Source: a virus. From it: 64,000 nt of DNA. The stretch is from IMG/VR virus record IMGVR_UViG_3300005281_000068, positions 16,253-80,252 of that record. One strand, written 5' to 3'. The stretch's first letter is position 1; every line of letters starts with the position of its first letter. A program made the position numbers and the translations under genes. Shown piece by piece: positions 59,253-64,000 of this stretch. The notes beneath the pieces are model-generated. The model saw nothing but the letters and a program-made list of their open reading frames with translations, ran no database searches and was not told the DNA's origin.

Positions 59253-59951
59253 ATGAAAAAAGTTTTTATTTGTTCTCCAGTAAGAAATAGAGAATGGATA
59301 TTAAATAGATTTATTAGTCATCTTAAAGAAATGTATGTAGATGACAATATAATTATTGAATATTGTTTTTTGATTAATGATTGTGAAGATAATAGTGAGA
59401 AAATTTTATTAGATAATGGATTTAGAGTAATTAAATACGATAATCTTCATTCAACAACTGAAAGTCATTTAAGAGGAAAATATAGTTATAGTCACCTAGC
59501 TAATTTAAGAAATATATTAGTTGAAGAATTTATTAAAAGTGACTGCGATTATTTTTTTTCTGTAGACAGTGATATTTTAGTTCCAAAAAATGGTTTGACG
59601 AAATTGATTGACAATAATAGAGATATATGTTCTATGATATTATGTAATCAACCTGGTAAAATTGGTAAACGAGCTCATAATATTATGAATTACGATGTTA
59701 AAGATTCAAAATACAAACATATATTATCTTGGGAAAAAGATTCCATTATAGAGGTTGATTTAACAGGAGCAGTGTATTTAGTTAAAAGAAGTGTACTAGA
59801 AGATGGTGTAAGATATGGTTTTGACCCAATAGGTGAAGATGCCATTTTTTGCAAACAAGCAAAAATCAAAGGATATAAATTATTTTGCGATACATCGTTG
59901 AAACCAATACATGTTATGAGTAAATCAGATGAATTAATTGGCGATTGCTAA
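59253..59951 (+). CDS. glycosyltransferase family 2-like (GT-A)
   Basis: ICSPVRN, LANLRN, FFSVDSD, GEDAIFC. Confidence 0.85.
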   Translation: MKKVFICSPVRNREWILNRFISHLKEMYVDDNIIIEYCFLINDCEDNSEKILLDNGFRVIKYDNLHSTTESHLRGKYSYSHLANLRNILVEEFIKSDCDYFFSVDSDILVPKNGLTKLIDNNRDICSMILCNQPGKIGKRAHNIMNYDVKDSKYKHILSWEKDSIIEVDLTGAVYLVKRSVLEDGVRYGFDPIGEDAIFCKQAKIKGYKLFCDTSLKPIHVMSKSDELIGDC

Positions 59952-59964
59952 GGAGACAAGAATT

Positions 59965-61980
59965 ATGGAAAAATTTACATTTATATATACTCCAACTATA
60001 GATTATGAATTTATGAAGCAAAGACCTCAACATCTTATGGAACAATTTGCTAAAAATGGACATCAAGTTTATTATATTAATTATAATGAACAAAATAAAG
60101 AGCCTATTGAGATTAAAGAAAATTTAACTATACTCTATAATCATAATCAAATATTTAATGTTGAAAAAAAATACCCAGTAGTATTATGGATGAGTTGGGC
60201 AAAAACTCATGATTGGATAGAAAAAATAAACCCTTATATTTCAGTTTATGATTGTTTGGATGATTTCAAAGATTGGAGAGAATATGAAAAAGAAATAATT
60301 AAGAAAGTAGATTTAGTAACAACTACAGCGGACACATTATATAACAAAATGAAAAATCAACATAATAATGTAGTTTTAGTTAAAAATGCATGCGAATATT
60401 CTCACTTTGAAAATATTGAAAATAATAATGATCCTAAAGATTGGCCATTTAGAAGCGAAGAAAAAGTTATAGGATATGTTGGTGCTCTAGGACATTGGGT
60501 TGATGCAGATTTAATTATTAAATTAGCTGAAAAAAATAAAATAGTTTTAATTGGACCTCAATTTGGAATGAAAAAAATAAATCATCCTAATGTAGCTATT
60601 ATGGGAATAAAAAATTATGAAGAATTACCATGTTATATAAAAAAGATGCATACATTAATAATTCCTTTTTCATTAAATGAAATCACTATATCAACAAATC
60701 CTATTAAAATGTATGAGTATTTAGCTACAGGAAAACCGGTAATTTCAACAAAAATACCAGAAGCAGTTTTATATAAAGAAGTATACACAGCAAATGATGA
60801 TAATGAGTTTTTAAGATTAGTTAATAATTCATTGTTAGAAAAATTTAACAATAAGTTATTAATAGACAAAAGAAAAAAATTAGCTTTTGAGAATTCTTGG
60901 GAAGAAAGATATAAAACAATTTATAATTCTCTTGTAAAGATTAATCTAGAAAAAAATGAAATTAAAAATGAAAATATAACAATAATATTCCCACCAGGTT
61001 TTGATTATAATTTTATGTATCAAAGACCACATCAATTAAGTAAATCATTAGCAAAATTAGGAACAAATGTTGTTTACGTAAATCCAGCGACAATAATTAA
61101 TCAAGAACAAGATATATTAATTCCATTTGAAGAATTTAATAACTTTAAAGTTATTAAGAAAAATGTTGATATAAAATCTTTTATAAAAGGTAAAGTTGTA
61201 ATAATATGTCCAGTAACAATGGAGTATTCGTTGGATGAATATAAACATGATATTTCCGTTTTAGATTCATGTGATTTATCAGAAGATGAATTCTCTAGTC
61301 ATAAAGAAATGTTATATAGTTTTGAAAAAAGAGCAGATATAGTTATTTCAACTGCAAAAGCTATATATGAAGATCATCTTTCTAGAGGAATAGAAAACGT
61401 TTTAATTTCGAATGGTGCTGATTATAGTCATTTTTATCCTGCTAGAAATAGAATAGGAAAAAATCCGTTTCAATTTAATAATAAGAGAAAAATAGTTGGA
61501 TTTTATGGAGCTCTTCATACTTGGGTTGATTATGATTTAATTGTTAAAATTTCAGAAAAATATAATGTTGTTTTAATAGGAGCTAGCGAATATTTTGATT
61601 CTCAAAATGTTGAATCTGAATATATAAAAGTTCTTCCAGTTCAACATTATAATAATTTGCCTTATTATTTAAGTTGGTTTGATGTTGCTTTACTTCCATT
61701 TAAGTTATCAAAAATGATGTCAGGAACAAACCCAGTTAAGTTTTTTGAATATTTATCAGCTGGAAAACCAGTAATAGCAACTAAATTAGAAGAATTAAAA
61801 AAATATGAGAATGTTTGTTATTTAACTGATATTGATAACGTTCTTAATGATATAGAATTAGCATTGAAAGAAGATTGTGAATATAAAAGAAATGAAAGAA
61901 GAAAAGTAGCTATGGAAAATTCTTGGGATAAGAAAGCGGAAGAATTGTTAAATGTTATTAAAGATAAATTAAGAGGGTGA
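59965..61980 (+). CDS. tandem double GT-B (GT4-like) glycosyltransferase
   Basis: Two copies of QRPxxL...GxxGAL..WVD...PF...NPxK.xEYL..GKPVI.T...NSW. Confidence 0.88.
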   Translation: MEKFTFIYTPTIDYEFMKQRPQHLMEQFAKNGHQVYYINYNEQNKEPIEIKENLTILYNHNQIFNVEKKYPVVLWMSWAKTHDWIEKINPYISVYDCLDDFKDWREYEKEIIKKVDLVTTTADTLYNKMKNQHNNVVLVKNACEYSHFENIENNNDPKDWPFRSEEKVIGYVGALGHWVDADLIIKLAEKNKIVLIGPQFGMKKINHPNVAIMGIKNYEELPCYIKKMHTLIIPFSLNEITISTNPIKMYEYLATGKPVISTKIPEAVLYKEVYTANDDNEFLRLVNNSLLEKFNNKLLIDKRKKLAFENSWEERYKTIYNSLVKINLEKNEIKNENITIIFPPGFDYNFMYQRPHQLSKSLAKLGTNVVYVNPATIINQEQDILIPFEEFNNFKVIKKNVDIKSFIKGKVVIICPVTMEYSLDEYKHDISVLDSCDLSEDEFSSHKEMLYSFEKRADIVISTAKAIYEDHLSRGIENVLISNGADYSHFYPARNRIGKNPFQFNNKRKIVGFYGALHTWVDYDLIVKISEKYNVVLIGASEYFDSQNVESEYIKVLPVQHYNNLPYYLSWFDVALLPFKLSKMMSGTNPVKFFEYLSAGKPVIATKLEELKKYENVCYLTDIDNVLNDIELALKEDCEYKRNERRKVAMENSWDKKAEELLNVIKDKLRG

Positions 61981-63086
61981 TGATATTGAGTAAAGTTTCA
62001 TTATATACTATTCAACAAATTAAACAAGATGGAAGTAAACCTATTATAGGTGGAGCAGAAAGATATATGTGGGATATAGCAGCATTATTTAGAAAAATGG
62101 GACACGAAGTTGAATTTTTTCAAAATGGAACTCATAATTGGGTTAAAGATTTTAATGGCTACAAAATAACAGCTCTTAAATTAAATCCTGGAGAAACTTG
62201 GGATAAAAATGCAGAAAGATTCGATCAAATTTCATCAGAAAAAGTTTTTTATAGTTGGTATGGACAAGCAGCTAAATTTAAATATCCTGGAATCAGTATA
62301 TGTCATGGAATTTGGTTCGATTGGCCAGGATATACAGAACATATGCTTAATAATGATATTAAACCAACCATAGAAAGAGCAATAAAAGGTAGTGGAGCTT
62401 TAGTTTCTGTAGATACTGCATTTATTAATTATTGCAGAGGTGCTATGCCTAGTTTAGTTGTTGGAAATGAAAAATTACAATATATTCCTAATTATGTTGA
62501 TTTAAAAGTTTTTTATCCTCAAGAAAAAACATCAAATAAAGATAAAATAACGATTTTATATCCGAGAAGATTAGATTTAGCAAGAGGTATTGAAGAAATG
62601 AAAGTAATGACAGAAAAACTGTTATTGAAATATCCTCATGTGGATTTTATTTTTGCTATTGATAATAATATACCGGAGGCTTGGAATGAATTTGTACAAT
62701 GGAGAAATTCTCTTCCATACAAAGAAAGAGTAAAATATAGAACTTATAATTTTAATGAAATTCACGAAGCATATAGAGAAGCAGATATAGTAATTATACC
62801 TACCCAAAGAGCGGAAGGGACATCATTATCGTGTTTGGAAGCTATGGCGATGGGTAAACCAGTAGTAGCAACAATTGTTGGTGGACTTACAGATTTAATA
62901 TTAAATAATTATAATGGTTTATTAGTTAATACAAATATAGATAGTATGATGGAAGGTCTATGTAAATTAATTGAAGATAAATCTTTAAGAGAAAAATTAT
63001 CTCATAACGCAATTTTAACTTCGAAAGAATTCTCAAAAGAAAGATGGGAAGAACAATGGTCAAAAATTATTTCGAAATTCTATTGA
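61977..63086 (+). CDS. glycosyltransferase family 4
   Basis: GGAERY, IPNYVD, EGTSLSCLEAMAMGKPVVAT.VGG. Confidence 0.92.
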   Translation: MMILSKVSLYTIQQIKQDGSKPIIGGAERYMWDIAALFRKMGHEVEFFQNGTHNWVKDFNGYKITALKLNPGETWDKNAERFDQISSEKVFYSWYGQAAKFKYPGISICHGIWFDWPGYTEHMLNNDIKPTIERAIKGSGALVSVDTAFINYCRGAMPSLVVGNEKLQYIPNYVDLKVFYPQEKTSNKDKITILYPRRLDLARGIEEMKVMTEKLLLKYPHVDFIFAIDNNIPEAWNEFVQWRNSLPYKERVKYRTYNFNEIHEAYREADIVIIPTQRAEGTSLSCLEAMAMGKPVVATIVGGLTDLILNNYNGLLVNTNIDSMMEGLCKLIEDKSLREKLSHNAILTSKEFSKERWEEQWSKIISKFY

Positions 63087-63102
63087 TAGGGGATAAACAG
63101 TA

Positions 63103-64000
63103 ATGAATGATAAAATATGCATCTCCATACCAGTACATGAAAATGCTGAAGTTATTATAGATCAAATAAGTAATTTTAAATATTTTTATAATGATAATAT
63201 TTATATTATTCTTCATATTGCGCGCGAAAATAATATAAGTAAAGATGAAATGTATAAAATAAGTAAAATTGAAAATGTGTTTATCAATAATCAATCTTTG
63301 CACGTACAATGGGGAACGTTAATTCATGTTCATAATTCCAATTTTAGATTCGCAGATAGTACATTAAACTTAAACTTTAAATATTTTGTTTTACACGCTA
63401 GTAATGATTTATATGTTAGATTTGGAGCAGAAGAATATATTAGAAAATCAAAAAACGGAGTAATGCAACTACCCAGAACTTTAGATGTTGAATATTTATA
63501 TGGGAATCCAGAATATAAAATTTGGAAAAAAGATAATTATATAGACGAAGATTTTGTAAATATAATGAATTATTTTGGAATTAAGAATGTAATGGGCACA
63601 CAACCTGAAGGAATATTTTTCGAAAGACATATTTTTAGAGAAATGGTTAGAATTATTGACTTATTTTATAAATATGGAAATGGAAGAATTTATCCTAGAG
63701 AAGAATATTGGTATTCGACAATAATACAAAAATTTGTTTCAAAAATAAAACCTCCTTTACTTTTTTCAGAAGTATACGGAAAAATTGTAAAAAAAGGAGA
63801 TAAAAAAGAAGAAATTGTTGACAAATGGAAATATGTTGGGGAATTATCTATTACCGATGAAATTATAAAAAATCTTCATAATGGAGAAAATATAGAAAAC
63901 TTAATAGTACATGAACAATTTTATGATTGTTTAAATCTTTATGCTGTTAAAAGGATAAATAGAGATATAAACGATCATAAAAGAAAATTAATAAGAAATT
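63103..64000 (+). CDS. putative glycosyltransferase (core-2/I-branching-like), 3'-partial
   Basis: My translation is open to window end: ISIPVHE...IILH...NVFIN...VQWG...YFVLHASNDLYV...YPREE. Confidence 0.55.
   Translation, partial: MNDKICISIPVHENAEVIIDQISNFKYFYNDNIYIILHIARENNISKDEMYKISKIENVFINNQSLHVQWGTLIHVHNSNFRFADSTLNLNFKYFVLHASNDLYVRFGAEEYIRKSKNGVMQLPRTLDVEYLYGNPEYKIWKKDNYIDEDFVNIMNYFGIKNVMGTQPEGIFFERHIFREMVRIIDLFYKYGNGRIYPREEYWYSTIIQKFVSKIKPPLLFSEVYGKIVKKGDKKEEIVDKWKYVGELSITDEIIKNLHNGENIENLIVHEQFYDCLNLYAVKRINRDINDHKRKLIRN

Noticed and set aside
1466..63309. Numerous short minus-strand ORFs in the track
   Set aside because: All lie antisense to well-supported + strand genes and lack motifs; only 47479-48054 is retained
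1..64000. Stop-codon reassignment as in some jumbo phages
   Set aside because: Conserved genes are full length in the standard code and end in TAA, TAG and TGA; internal stops are limited to a few decayed genes

Overview
Very AT-rich, almost entirely + strand segment of a jumbo tailed phage of Bacillota, resembling Bacillus/Lysinibacillus phage G in head-gene architecture (inference). It holds the head module, spread over ~34 kb with accessory genes interspersed: large terminase split by a group I intron, portal, MuF-like protein, prohead protease, scaffold-like protein, decoration protein and a 281-aa major capsid protein. It also encodes nucleic-acid enzymes (5'-3' exonuclease, Tmk, RNase HII, KptA, HAD nucleotidase), a sigma factor, five TnpB/IS200-IS605 elements or remnants, and a glycosyltransferase cluster. 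Most notable: (1) an 8-gene cluster with two radical SAM/SPASM enzymes, two 2OG-Fe(II)-oxygenase-like proteins and two paralogous Cys-motif proteins around a protein with 16 His-x-Asn repeats, a candidate phage-encoded protein stapling system; (2) a slippery heptamer plus pseudoknot predicted to fuse portal to the MuF-like ORF by -1 frameshift, and two further -1 slip candidates; (3) a deleted tnpB in the homing-endonuclease slot of the terminase intron; (4) a shared basic N-terminal motif (R-L-x-K-x-A) on unrelated proteins, a candidate capsid-targeting signal. Family calls come from motifs read by eye; no searches were run.
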